42,949 bases of DNA, from contig CAWVTM010000003.1 in NCBI GenBank assembly GCA_963933305.1, positions 1 to 42,949 on the forward strand. Direction: 5' to 3'. How positions within the stretch are numbered: position 1 is the first letter of the stretch; each line of letters opens with the position of its first letter. Below the pieces are notes generated by a model, which was not told the DNA's origin, made no database searches, and saw only the letters and a program-made list of their open reading frames with translations. Positions 10,124 through 18,924 of this stretch are shown here, one piece after another. The DNA comes from an uncultured bacterium. Its GTDB lineage: Bacteria > Bacteroidota > Bacteroidia > NS11-12g > UBA9320. Both the position numbers and the translations under genes were made by a program.

Positions 10124-11185
10124 TTGAGGTTTATAGTGTGCTATATCATTTGTTTTGGGATCCTTCTTTCTAGAGGACAAGATCATTCGTATGTAAGTAC
10201 TAGTTATACACCTGGGTTTTTGTTAGCGCATAGAGCGGACATTAAAAATCTTGCGGCTCATAATTATGGATTAGAAGTCTCATATGAGACGGAAAAGTCC
10301 GAATCACAGTGGGGTGCCCATTATGCTCGCCCAATCGTAGGTTATGGACTGCTGTATTATAACTTTGGCAGAGAAGAAACGGGACATGCTCTAGGAGGGA
10401 TGGTTCACGTTAAGCTGAATGTGTTGAGTTTTAAAAAATCAGATCTAAAGTTTAGGATGGGAGCTGGACTCGCTTATCTGACAGAAAAATTTGATGTATA
10501 TGACAACAGAAGAAATCAAGCCATTGGAAGCCATTTAAACGGAAGTATGCAGTTTGGGTTGGTATATCACCGTGCGTTAAGGAGAAAGGACTATATAGAG
10601 GCTGGGGTAAGTATCTCGCATTATTCTAATGCGGCTTTCAAAGTGCCAAATCTAGGATATAATATACCTTCATTTACTTTGAGATATGGGTTAGGAGTAG
10701 GAAAAGCAGATTCTGTCTCTATTCATAATAACTCTTTCAGTAAGCACACAGATTGGAGATGTACTTTTATATATGGCAAGAAGCAAAGGAACTTTGCCAA
10801 GCCAAAAGACTTTTATAATTTTGGATTGCAGTTTCGAGGTATTCGTCACGTAAGTCCAGTAAGGGCTTGGAGATACGGGATAGACTACACGCTAGATAAG
10901 ACATATAAGTATGCGGAGGATGATCAGTACCCGATGGACTCTGTCACTTTAGGAGAGCAGTCTGAGATAGCTGTGGCAGCCGGATTTCAGTGGAATTTTG
11001 GAAAGGTAGATGTAGTGGCGGAGATGGGAGCCTATATATATAAGCCGACGGTACTGAAGAATGCTCTTAGTCAGAGAATGGGCTTGGTCTATAATTTTAA
11101 TGACCATTTAAGTGCACAAGGGACGCTGCGTTTTCATAGAGGAGTAGCAGATTTTTTTGAAATTGGAGTCGGTTATACATTATGA
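10124..11185 (+). CDS. Outer-membrane beta-barrel, acyloxyacyl hydrolase / PagL-like family
   Basis: N.AIGSHLN and SHYSNA..K.PNLGYN motif (H-x-S-N as in PagL); C-terminal GVGYTL barrel signal; TTG start. Confidence 0.7.
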   Translation: MRFIVCYIICFGILLSRGQDHSYVSTSYTPGFLLAHRADIKNLAAHNYGLEVSYETEKSESQWGAHYARPIVGYGLLYYNFGREETGHALGGMVHVKLNVLSFKKSDLKFRMGAGLAYLTEKFDVYDNRRNQAIGSHLNGSMQFGLVYHRALRRKDYIEAGVSISHYSNAAFKVPNLGYNIPSFTLRYGLGVGKADSVSIHNNSFSKHTDWRCTFIYGKKQRNFAKPKDFYNFGLQFRGIRHVSPVRAWRYGIDYTLDKTYKYAEDDQYPMDSVTLGEQSEIAVAAGFQWNFGKVDVVAEMGAYIYKPTVLKNALSQRMGLVYNFNDHLSAQGTLRFHRGVADFFEIGVGYTL

Positions 11186-11919
11186 AGAAGATAATTCCGA
11201 TTATATGTGTTGTATTCTTTTGGTCGTGCAAAGGTGATAGACGAAACGATTGCATTACGGGATTAGGAGATGACGGGTCAGTTGTGCGGCAAGTATCCAC
11301 TTTTGATAAGTTGTATGTAGAAGATAGAATTAAGCTTGTAATAACTCAAGACAGTACCAGAGTTGGTGAAATAGTGTTAAGTGGTCCAGAAAACTTGTTG
11401 AGCCAAGTGCTTACAGATGTTTCTAATGGAGAACTCAGGTTAGTCAATAACAATACCTGTAATTTTGTTCGAAGCTTTGATTATGAGTTGGTAGTAAAGG
11501 TATACGTAGACAAACTTGTAAGGCTCGAGCTACAAAGCATAGCTGAGGTCACTGTAGAGGATACGCTTTTTGTGGATTTCCTAGAGATTAGGCATACGGC
11601 ACTCTCAGATATTGACCTTATGCTTGGAGGGGACGAGGTGTTCATTAGATCTAGAAATTCTGCCAGCACCAAGCTAAGAGGTAGAATAAAAACACTCAAA
11701 GGGAGTATTGAGGAGGTGTCTAGTTTAGACGCTGGTGAACTAATATGTGATAATGTATTGGTGGATACTCATACTAAGCTAGAGACCTATATCAGAGCTC
11801 AGAAGTTAATATATGTTAATATTTATAATTCTGGTAATGTGGTGTATGTAATGGATGAACCGTCCGAATATGCCATTGTTGGCATCAACACTGGAAGTGG
11901 AAGACTGATAAAAAAATAA
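11182..11919 (+). CDS. Lipoprotein, DUF2807 / head GIN domain (adhesin-like beta-helix)
   Basis: Lipobox FWSC; R.VS.F.KL; GPENLL..V...V.NG.L...N.N.CN.VRS; ends N.GSG.LIK. Confidence 0.78.
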   Translation: MKKIIPIICVVFFWSCKGDRRNDCITGLGDDGSVVRQVSTFDKLYVEDRIKLVITQDSTRVGEIVLSGPENLLSQVLTDVSNGELRLVNNNTCNFVRSFDYELVVKVYVDKLVRLELQSIAEVTVEDTLFVDFLEIRHTALSDIDLMLGGDEVFIRSRNSASTKLRGRIKTLKGSIEEVSSLDAGELICDNVLVDTHTKLETYIRAQKLIYVNIYNSGNVVYVMDEPSEYAIVGINTGSGRLIKK

Positions 11920-11946
11920 AGCGGTCTACCTCTCGGCAAACCGCTT
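11910..11946 (-). terminator. Intrinsic terminator of hsp20, possibly bidirectional
   Basis: Minus strand reads AAGCGGTTTGCC-GAGA-GGTAGACCGCTT followed by a T-rich tract, between convergent genes. Confidence 0.7.
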
Positions 11947-11973
11947 ACAATTTAACAAGGTATTAAAACCCAA

Positions 11974-12393
11974 CTATTTTATTTCAATTTTCTTGGGTTG
12001 TACAGTTTCATTTTTAGTTATGGTAAGATGGAGTATTCCGAGGTTATATACCGCTTCTACTTTAGAGCTGTCTGCTCCCTTTGGTAGTCGTATTTTTCTA
12101 TAATACTTACCATATTTGATGTCGGAGTATAGACTTGTACTGTTTTTAGGTGTGGGTTTCGTGAGTTCGCCAGAAACTGTTAAGATGTGGTCCTCAATGG
12201 AAAGGTTTATCTCTTCTTTAGCCAAGCCAGGTAAAGATACCTTAAGCAGGTAGTTTTTTTCGTTTTCTTCTAGTTCCAGTTGAGGTCTTATTGAGTTGTC
12301 TGAGCTATTCTCATTGAGCATGTCACTGATTAAGTGGCCAAAGTTACTAGTGAATCTATCCGTGAGTAAATTTTGTTTTGTATGTATTATCAT
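11974..12393 (-). CDS. Hsp20 / alpha-crystallin small heat shock protein
   Basis: LPGLAKEEINL, LTVSGE, YGKYYRKIRLP, A.Y..GIL.LTI and C-terminal IEI motif. Confidence 0.93.
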   Translation of the reverse strand: MIIHTKQNLLTDRFTSNFGHLISDMLNENSSDNSIRPQLELEENEKNYLLKVSLPGLAKEEINLSIEDHILTVSGELTKPTPKNSTSLYSDIKYGKYYRKIRLPKGADSSKVEAVYNLGILHLTITKNETVQPKKIEIK

Positions 12394-12500
12394 TTTATCT
12401 ATTTGAGTAATTATTCTTCAATTGTTATTCCGCTAGCATTTTGCGGTCAAATTGGCTGATTAATTGGAGCGAACGATTAAAAATAAGACATAAAGTCTGA

Positions 12501-13160
12501 TTATGAGGCTATAATGATTTTGTTGTAGTCTTGGAAGTTCTTTGTTTTTACGTCTTTAAACATACTTGAGAGTAGGAGTAAGAGCTCAGAATGGTTGATG
12601 TCCTCACGTTTAGTTTTTACAGTAGTGTTAAATAGTAGTGTACCACCTTTTTGGAGTGAATCCTGTAAGAAGTAGATAAATGTGTTATCGCTAAGCAGCG
12701 GTGAGTTATCCAACTCTATGAATAGATCTATAAAGATAATATCATATCTTTTTTGGAGACCTTTAAGGTACGTTAAAGCGTCTATTGCGTAAAGTTCAGG
12801 TACATTGCTGTAGTTATGTGCAAAGTGCTTTTTAAAGAGTCTTATAATTTCAGGATCATACTCTATACCGTCTATATTTTTATCGTAGAGGTATATCTGC
12901 TCCAATAAGTGCAGGATGCTTCCACACCCAAATCCGAGTATAAGTATATCCTGAGCTTGACTAATTTCTTCAGTAATGAAGTTCATACCTGTTTCAAAAA
13001 CTTTATACCCATTGCCAAAGGAAAAATTAGCTTCTTTAGTGTTAAGCATTTTTTTACCATTGGACCATACTATCTCTAAGTATTCATTTTGCGGGGAGCA
13101 AGTTTTCTCTATTGGGATATCCCATACCCAAGAGAACAGTCGGAGCAGTTTTTTATTCAT
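12501..13160 (-). CDS. Class I SAM-dependent methyltransferase (spermidine-synthase-like)
   Basis: ILILGFGCGS, IDGIEYDPEI, DAL.YL, YDIIFIDLF and L.KGG.LLFN motifs. Confidence 0.82.
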   Translation of the reverse strand: MNKKLLRLFSWVWDIPIEKTCSPQNEYLEIVWSNGKKMLNTKEANFSFGNGYKVFETGMNFITEEISQAQDILILGFGCGSILHLLEQIYLYDKNIDGIEYDPEIIRLFKKHFAHNYSNVPELYAIDALTYLKGLQKRYDIIFIDLFIELDNSPLLSDNTFIYFLQDSLQKGGTLLFNTTVKTKREDINHSELLLLLSSMFKDVKTKNFQDYNKIIIAS

Positions 13161-13165
13161 GGTAT

Positions 13166-13198
13166 AAAAAAAGCCTTCTGTAGATTACAGAAGGCTTT
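13166..13198 (-). terminator. Intrinsic terminator downstream of the large T9SS gene
   Basis: Perfect 13-bp stem AAAGCCTTCTGTA/TACAGAAGGCTTT with a T-tract on the minus strand. Confidence 0.8.
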
Positions 13199-13224
13199 AA
13201 AGTATTAAGTATTAAACTATTTTC

Positions 13225-15951
13225 TTAATGCTGTACGATAATTTTGGTTACTGCTTTCTGATTTTTTCCGAGTATCTCTACGAAATAATTACCAGTTACC
13301 AAATCTGTTGTGTTAAGCTTTATAACTCCACTATTGTTGCCAGAGACAGTTCTGACATTTTGCCCAGATAGGTTATATACTGTGAGTGTATACGCACCCA
13401 CTATTTTAGTTTCTAGGTTAATAAATAGGTTTGCAGGATTTGGATAAGCACTAATTGTTACTTCTTTTTCTAAGTTATTATCTACTTGTGGAACACTGCT
13501 GAGTAGTGACTGACTAGCCCATATACCCATACCGTGTGTGCCAGCATATACTGTAGGACCTGTACTTGAGTTAGCAGCTACTTGTATTAGGTCAAAAACA
13601 GGCACTCTTGGTAGTGGCATGTCAGCGTCTACACCTTCTAGAGCTTCTGCCCATGTTGGATTAGTAGCACTACCATTATTAGTAGCCCATATGCCAAATT
13701 CAGTACCTAGGATAATAACATCCGGATCATTTTCACTAATGACAGCATGGTAAACAGGGAAACGTGGAAGGTTTCCTTGTATACTTCTCCAAGATGGGTT
13801 GTCAGACAATGCATCTTCAGTAACGTACACGAACGTAGTACCTGAGTAGTTTCCTGCGGTAATGACCACTCTATTTGGATCCGCTTTGTCTATGGCTACT
13901 GACGTTACTGTTCGGCCACCAAGGCTAAACCCTTGATTTATTTGCTTATAGTTTAGCTTAGGAGCCATAGCATCTCTAGCTACGAGTGAAGTGGTGTCGA
14001 ATTGAGCAGTTAATAAACTATCTACTCTGTATATTCTGCCATTGTCAGTACATACAAACAGGGATTGTCCGTCTGTTGTTGGTTTCATGTAGTGTACATT
14101 TGAGCTCATGTCAGCTACTCTAAACCACCTTACTGCACCGTTATCTTTAGGGTTGGCTGGGTCGTGAGCTTTAGAAAGAGCATTTTTAACCATCCATACA
14201 CCATTATCTGCAGCATAATATAAACGTGCATCGATAAGACTGTCATCTTCAATAGTTTTGTCTCTTGACTCAAGCTCTGCTAGAATTTGAGGGTTTTCCC
14301 ATAGAGAGATTGCAGTGTTAAAGGATGAAGTAGGTCTGCTAGTACTTGTAAATGATGCTCTGATGCGATTATCCCAAATAGGTGAAAATGCACCTCCACC
14401 TGTAATGGATCTTCTAAGGTTACCATACTGACTTTCACCGAACATAAAGTTAGGGTCATACTGGCTGATAGCACATTGGAACCCATCTCCTCCTATTACA
14501 TCTACTGCTATCTTTCGCGGGAAAGATTGTCCAGAGATGATCATAGTATTATTATCTTGTGTACCACCCATAATCACACCGGACTTACTTGCAGCTATAC
14601 CAAAGAACTGTGTAGTGATGAAGTTAGTACTGATATCTTTGTACTTGTCTAGATCTGCGTTAGTAGTGCGTGCTACTCCTCCATCACTGCAGATGTACAT
14701 AATAGGATCTACACCCGTATTATCGAATGTGATAAAGTGCTTATCTGAGTGGATTCCATATGGATTTTGTGGAGAGCTGAATTTGTTACCTACTATTCTT
14801 GGTCCAGCGGCTTCTGTCCATTCTGCGAACTCAATACCTCCAATGAACACTCTATTCTTATCTCTAGGATGTACACCTAAAGCCATGTTGTATAGGCCCT
14901 GAGCTTGTAGGTCTACAATAGAAAATGGGTGAAAGAATTGACTCATTTGGCCTACTAGCCTTTCGAATGTAGCCCCGGCATCTTTAGATCTATATAGACC
15001 AGTTAATGCACTGCCGTATGCCTGTCCGTCAAAAGTTACGTTTCCAGTAGAAACCACGTAACAATAATTTGGATCTGACTCTGACCAAGCCACTACAGAC
15101 CTTCTATTTGTGGCTATATTATCAGTGATAGTCTCAAAAGAAGTTCCAACTGATGGATCTGAGGATCTCCAAAGAAGAGTCCCTATGTACGCCATTGCAA
15201 CTCCATTTTTATTGAACTTAATATCTCTACAACTACCTGGTCTAAGTAGTGACCAAGTAATACCTGCATCTTTACTCATTCTAAGACCGTTAGATGAACC
15301 ACAGAAAATCCAGTTTTCGGTAGGATGAGCGGTAAGCACATGTATATTTCCAAATGTATTACTAGTAGGAACTAATGAGAATGTTTCACCGTCTGTGGAT
15401 TTATACATCCCCATCCCTTCAAAACCTGAAGACTCTGCTCCACTTTGTTGGAAGAGTAGCTGACCATTCTCACCTGTACCGTAATAAATATGCCTATCGC
15501 TTGTTTGCGCCATACTCACTACACCAAAGTTGTCATCACCTAATGTGAGAGGATACCAAGACCCTCCGCCGTTGATACTCTTAAATAATGATCCTGATAC
15601 GCCGCCGGTATATAGTGTTTGTGGATTATCCTTATCTATAACCAGACATCTCGTTCTGCCGCCTACATTATCCGGGCCTTTAAATTCCCATTTTAGTGGC
15701 CAGTCTGCTTTAAATTTAGTGCCCGATTGTTGAGCGATATCTGCACGTACTGCAGCTACGTCTGCTGGATTTACTTCACCAGTAGCTTTATCAGCTCTTA
15801 ATTTCGTAAGGTATTGAGAATATCCTGAAGCACTTTGCACCTCTGCGGTACGCGGGCTGTATGTTTTCTCAGGACTAAATAAGCTAAAAGACACTACTCC
15901 TACTAGGAGTAGGCTAGCTGCGAGAGTTGAAAGTATTGTTTTTTTATTCAT
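13225..15951 (-). CDS. T9SS type A secreted protein with BNR/Asp-box (VPS10/sialidase-like) beta-propellers
   Basis: Signal peptide from ATG 15951; W...GP.NVGGRTR; Asp-boxes KSINGGGSW, SKDAGITW, RSKDAGATF; GGTQDN; GTHGMGIW; CTD AYPNPAN...YNLSGQ...L..GNYFV. Confidence 0.87.
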   Translation of the reverse strand: MNKKTILSTLAASLLLVGVVSFSLFSPEKTYSPRTAEVQSASGYSQYLTKLRADKATGEVNPADVAAVRADIAQQSGTKFKADWPLKWEFKGPDNVGGRTRCLVIDKDNPQTLYTGGVSGSLFKSINGGGSWYPLTLGDDNFGVVSMAQTSDRHIYYGTGENGQLLFQQSGAESSGFEGMGMYKSTDGETFSLVPTSNTFGNIHVLTAHPTENWIFCGSSNGLRMSKDAGITWSLLRPGSCRDIKFNKNGVAMAYIGTLLWRSSDPSVGTSFETITDNIATNRRSVVAWSESDPNYCYVVSTGNVTFDGQAYGSALTGLYRSKDAGATFERLVGQMSQFFHPFSIVDLQAQGLYNMALGVHPRDKNRVFIGGIEFAEWTEAAGPRIVGNKFSSPQNPYGIHSDKHFITFDNTGVDPIMYICSDGGVARTTNADLDKYKDISTNFITTQFFGIAASKSGVIMGGTQDNNTMIISGQSFPRKIAVDVIGGDGFQCAISQYDPNFMFGESQYGNLRRSITGGGAFSPIWDNRIRASFTSTSRPTSSFNTAISLWENPQILAELESRDKTIEDDSLIDARLYYAADNGVWMVKNALSKAHDPANPKDNGAVRWFRVADMSSNVHYMKPTTDGQSLFVCTDNGRIYRVDSLLTAQFDTTSLVARDAMAPKLNYKQINQGFSLGGRTVTSVAIDKADPNRVVITAGNYSGTTFVYVTEDALSDNPSWRSIQGNLPRFPVYHAVISENDPDVIILGTEFGIWATNNGSATNPTWAEALEGVDADMPLPRVPVFDLIQVAANSSTGPTVYAGTHGMGIWASQSLLSSVPQVDNNLEKEVTISAYPNPANLFINLETKIVGAYTLTVYNLSGQNVRTVSGNNSGVIKLNTTDLVTGNYFVEILGKNQKAVTKIIVQH

Positions 15952-15986
15952 TGTTACGTTATACTTGTATTCAAAAATTGAACACA

Positions 15987-16017
15987 CAAATTTAGTTTTT
16001 GATTTAACACTATCAAA
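15987..16017 (-). promoter_or_regulatory. Bacteroidota sigmaA promoter (TTTG-N19-TAAATTTG) for the BNR T9SS gene
   Basis: Both the -33 and -7 elements match consensus with canonical spacing. Confidence 0.7.
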
Positions 16018-16022
16018 CATTA

Positions 16023-16055
16023 GTTAATGAAGGGTTCTTTTTAGTTGAGTAACGC
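16023..16055 (-). promoter_or_regulatory. Putative LytTR-type direct-repeat operator
   Basis: GCGTTACTCAAC-N9-CCCTTCATTAAC with a 21-bp period, just upstream of the -33 element; resembles the repeat at 41426-41458. Confidence 0.4.
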
Positions 16056-16060
16056 AGAGC

Positions 16061-16795
16061 TTATGGTCTGTGCTTTCCTATTAGATACGAGGTATATATA
16101 CTCATAAATGCTTTATTGTTAGCTAAGTGCAATATTTCTAGTTCTTGTGGGAAATAGTCAAAACGCACTCCAGATTCCCAACTTTGAAAATAAAAAGAAT
16201 GATTCCAATTTATTGAAAGGTATGTAGCAAAGTGTAATCCGGGTTTGAAGCTAAGTTCATCCGTGCCTAAAGTCCAGGTCGCAGGTCCATAAATAAAGTC
16301 TTGATTGGCGATAGTTTCTGTACTTTGAGGAATCAGTGCAGGACTGTTACTTTCTGGAGCATTACTTTGGTAACCTATATAGTATGGCTTTAGTATACCC
16401 AAGCTAGGACCTGCACTAAAACCCCAAAAAACGGATGGCTTGCTCGTCATATGTTGCCCTATCTGCTTACTCATAGAATAGCTTAGCCTTATAGTTGCAG
16501 CACCATTTAGTTTGCCATACACGTAAGGTTTGGGGTTTACGTATCGTGCGTTTTGTACTTTAGTTTCTCTAGAGTGTTTGATATTCTGAAAACTAAGAGT
16601 TATTTCTTGGGTTTTTACTAGTTTGGTGGGAGTGAGAAGTGCGTTTAGCTCTCCGCCTATACCGTTAGTTGCTAAAGTAAGGCCGCCTGACAAGCCGTTG
16701 AAAGGAGAGTGCTGAGCATTTGTGCTCATATATAACAGAATTACTCCGGCTAACAGTGCAGCTCTTACCCGTTTTCTTAAGTTTATATATTGCAT
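16061..16795 (-). CDS. Hypothetical exported / outer-membrane beta-barrel-like protein
   Basis: Signal peptide, alternating beta-strand pattern and a YVYGKLN motif; no function recognised. Confidence 0.65.
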   Translation of the reverse strand: MQYINLRKRVRAALLAGVILLYMSTNAQHSPFNGLSGGLTLATNGIGGELNALLTPTKLVKTQEITLSFQNIKHSRETKVQNARYVNPKPYVYGKLNGAATIRLSYSMSKQIGQHMTSKPSVFWGFSAGPSLGILKPYYIGYQSNAPESNSPALIPQSTETIANQDFIYGPATWTLGTDELSFKPGLHFATYLSINWNHSFYFQSWESGVRFDYFPQELEILHLANNKAFMSIYTSYLIGKHRP

Positions 16796-16846
16796 GCCGT
16801 GAAAATAGCAAAATTAGGGTGTACTTTGCTTTTCTAAATAAAGAAT

Positions 16847-17248
16847 ATGACATCTGAAGTATCTTACCAAGGCAAACTTAGAACTGTATGTACGCATTTA
16901 AAGTCTCGATCATCCATAGAAACGGATGCACCTGTAGATAACAATGGGAATGGAGAGCGTTTCTCTCCAACAGATTTAGTAGCGACAGCTTTGGCTTCGT
17001 GTATGATTACAGTTATGGGGATCCGCGCTCAACTAAGTGGTATTCCGTTTGAGACTGTCGTGGCTAGTGTGCAAAAAAGTATGGGTATTTCCCCAAGAAG
17101 AATAACAGAAATCAAAGTAGAAATAGTGGTATACGATTCTTGGAGTGATAAGCAACGTGAGATAATGGAGCAAGTAGCTCGTGGATGCCCAGTGGCTCAG
17201 AGTCTTAGTCCAGGATTGGTACAAAACGTATCGTTTAAATACACATAA
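16847..17248 (+). CDS. OsmC/Ohr family protein
   Basis: TDAPVDN.G.G..FSPTDL.ATALASC and CPVA.SL, carrying the two conserved cysteines. Confidence 0.92.
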   Translation: MTSEVSYQGKLRTVCTHLKSRSSIETDAPVDNNGNGERFSPTDLVATALASCMITVMGIRAQLSGIPFETVVASVQKSMGISPRRITEIKVEIVVYDSWSDKQREIMEQVARGCPVAQSLSPGLVQNVSFKYT

Positions 17249-17278
17249 TTTAGAATTTTGATGGGTGTGTACCTATCT

Positions 17279-17301
17279 AAAAAGCGGCGGTTGACCGCTG
17301 C
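17279..17301. terminator. GC-rich hairpin, probable terminator between osmC and the convergent small lipoprotein gene
   Basis: GCGGCGG-TTGA-CCGCTGC with an A-run upstream and T-rich sequence downstream. Confidence 0.45.
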
Positions 17302-17560
17302 ACTGTTTCTTTTGTGATGAAACCCCCTGAGAAGAAGCAACGTCTGCGGCCAGTCTTTTTACTGTTTTTGTATAGCGTGGGAGCTGCTAACTTTCTGTAA
17401 GTGACACATTATTTTATGGACCTATATTTAAATGGGGATCAAGTGTTCTATCTAGTTCCTTGACACTGATAAAGTATCAGATACTGTGTTTAAAAATCAC
17501 TACAGCTCTATCACTGTTAAGTGCCATACTGCTTCTGCCTATGAGTTATGCATCCTGAGA

Positions 17561-17695
17561 TTAACCCACGTTAGAGACTGGCGGAGTATATATAGCGCCT
17601 ACACCTGGGCATGCATCTCTCGACCTGCAAGAGGAGAACAGTACACTGATGAATAATACTACGGCGAATAAAGATAAGATTTTTTTTGTGTTCAT
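17561..17695 (-). CDS. Small lipoprotein (44 aa), absent from the ORF track
   Basis: Hand translation MNTKKILSLFAVVLFISVLFSSCRSRDACPGVGAIYTPPVSNVG*: basic N-region, hydrophobic core, lipobox FSSC. Confidence 0.8.
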   Translation of the reverse strand: MNTKKILSLFAVVLFISVLFSSCRSRDACPGVGAIYTPPVSNVG

Positions 17696-17748
17696 TTTTG
17701 TATTTACTATTGTGCTGTACTTACTGAAACGTAAGTCACATACTTATA

Positions 17749-18924
17749 GTGCAAAGTAAAGATATTATAAAGGTTTTAGAAAATCCTGATGCAATAAGCT
17801 TCATGAATAGTCATATCAGTGATGATGTGGCTTTGCTGGCACTTAAATATCAAGGTAAAGTAGTCTTCAATATTACTGTCTGCTTACAATTAATGGCCAT
17901 TTATAGGAAGGCTAAGAAAAAACTGCCGTCTTTTTGGACACATAAATTGGCATTAGATGCTCGTAGCTATGAACAGTCTAGTTCTGAGGCCGTTGCTGCT
18001 TATAAAGCTAGTTTTATAAAAGGCAATAGTTTTTTAGATATCACCGGAGGCTTAGGGGTAGACTCCATTTTTTTATCCAAGGGGTTTTACGAAGCAGTAG
18101 CCGTAGAGCAAAATGAAGAACTCCATACTATAGCAGCCTACAATGCATCAAAAATGCACGTTCCCATTCTACGAGTTTTAGGAGATGGCGTAACCCACTT
18201 GTCTAAAGGGAAAGTGACGTGGCTCTATATAGATCCAGATAGAAGAGCTGGACATAAGCGAGCAGTAGATCTAAATTACCTGTCACCTAACGTGATAGAG
18301 CTATTACCACTTATAAATAGTCAAGCGGAACAGACATATATCAAACTATCTCCTCTGTATGATATCAGAGAGGCGTACAGACAGTTTAGTGATTTGAGAG
18401 AAATACATCTAATAGCTGAACGGGGTGAGATTAAGGAGGTGGGTTTAGTACTAAGTAAATTAAACGATACGGAGTGTCAGTTGCATTTAGTAGATGTAGC
18501 TTCTGGCTTTCGTAGTGATTTATCTTGGAGTACACTGGATGGTAAAGTGACGGCTTCAGAATATAATAATCAGAAATACTTACATATACCTAACGCACTA
18601 GTATCTAAGGCGTCTGCTGCTCATTTCTTTGCAGGGATTGGGGTAGTGAGGCACATCGAGTTTGAGCTGTTTTTTTCAGACTGCATCCTGAGTGCTGGTT
18701 TCAGAAATTTCGAGTTATTATACAGCGGTGGTATGAGTCCGAAGAGTTTGCGGAAGATCCTCCAAAACATCGGCATAAGAAGGATTAATGTTATAATCAA
18801 GGGAAGTAACGAACATGCTGATGTGTGGCACAAAAAGCTAGGCACTACAGATGGTGGAAATTACTACGCCATAGTATGCAAAGGGAAAAAGAAAGCGGTG
18901 TTTATAGCTAGGCTTATTTCTTAA
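17749..18924 (+). CDS. Class I SAM-dependent methyltransferase with C-terminal THUMP-like domain
   Basis: EQSSSE..A.YKA, DITGGLGVD, YIDPDRR and KLSPLYDI motifs. Confidence 0.85.
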   Translation: MQSKDIIKVLENPDAISFMNSHISDDVALLALKYQGKVVFNITVCLQLMAIYRKAKKKLPSFWTHKLALDARSYEQSSSEAVAAYKASFIKGNSFLDITGGLGVDSIFLSKGFYEAVAVEQNEELHTIAAYNASKMHVPILRVLGDGVTHLSKGKVTWLYIDPDRRAGHKRAVDLNYLSPNVIELLPLINSQAEQTYIKLSPLYDIREAYRQFSDLREIHLIAERGEIKEVGLVLSKLNDTECQLHLVDVASGFRSDLSWSTLDGKVTASEYNNQKYLHIPNALVSKASAAHFFAGIGVVRHIEFELFFSDCILSAGFRNFELLYSGGMSPKSLRKILQNIGIRRINVIIKGSNEHADVWHKKLGTTDGGNYYAIVCKGKKKAVFIARLIS

